Shown piece after piece: positions 33,496 to 33,886 of a DNA stretch of 33,886 bases (positions are counted from its first letter, which is position 1; every line of letters begins with the position of its first letter). The notes below the pieces were generated by a model. That model did no database searches and was not told where the DNA came from. It was given only the letters and a program-made list of their open reading frames with translations. The position numbers and the translations under genes were made by a program. Source of the stretch: Octopus bimaculoides (Eukaryota); the NCBI RefSeq assembly GCF_001194135.2, contig NC_068997.1:47960804-47994689 (forward strand), read 5' to 3'.

Positions 33496-33886
33496 AATCA
33501 TCGGCGACCACCACTAACGTCCATACCATCAACTATTACGATCTACCAATTCTATATAACGTCGTCTTTTAGAGAGTAACAGTCTCCATCTCAAAGTTAC
33601 TTTAAACGATGATTTAAAACAAAAGAAATATTTCTTTTCAAATATCAATTTGAAGTAGAGTTTTGATAACAGCTTGCGGCGGCTGCCAGTGATGAAGCAA
33701 TGTCTTAGTATACGTGGGTGAGTGTACAGACACATGCACACACAAGGACGAACACGCTTACAACACACTCGAATTGAAGCACATATGCATACGTCTATTT
33801 GTTTCTCTCTCTGTTGTGCTCTAATTGCGTGTACGTGAGTACGTGCACATGCCTATGTAAGTATATATATATATATATATATATAT

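Overview
Eukaryotic, AT-rich, repeat-dominated DNA from a gapped assembly (11 N-runs, about 3.75 kb). It is most likely intronic or intergenic. The SINE families and microsatellite load resemble octopus (cephalopod) DNA as I recall it; this is unverified. I find no intact protein-coding gene, rRNA, tRNA gene or CRISPR array, and all long ORFs in the track are N-gap or microsatellite artefacts. Supported content: about 15 full or partial tRNA-derived SINE copies with mix-and-match heads, cores and tails (three with visible target-site duplications); decayed Tc1/mariner-superfamily remnants (Tigger/pogo HTH, mariner, DUF4817-type); 5' and 3' fragments of a CR1/L2-group LINE whose 3' tail is shared with SINE tails; and a probable R4/Dong-like 3' end inside (TAA)n. 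Weaker calls are Helitron-like and piggyBac-like non-autonomous pieces. The most notable observations are three separate hammerhead-ribozyme-like cores (18953+, 20345+, 4230-), a 175-bp block duplicated at about 93% identity inside much more diverged flanks, a chain of + strand exon-shaped segments at 15.7-17.9 kb, a quasi-palindrome perfected in one SINE copy, and a higher-order repeat inside a (CAT)n array.
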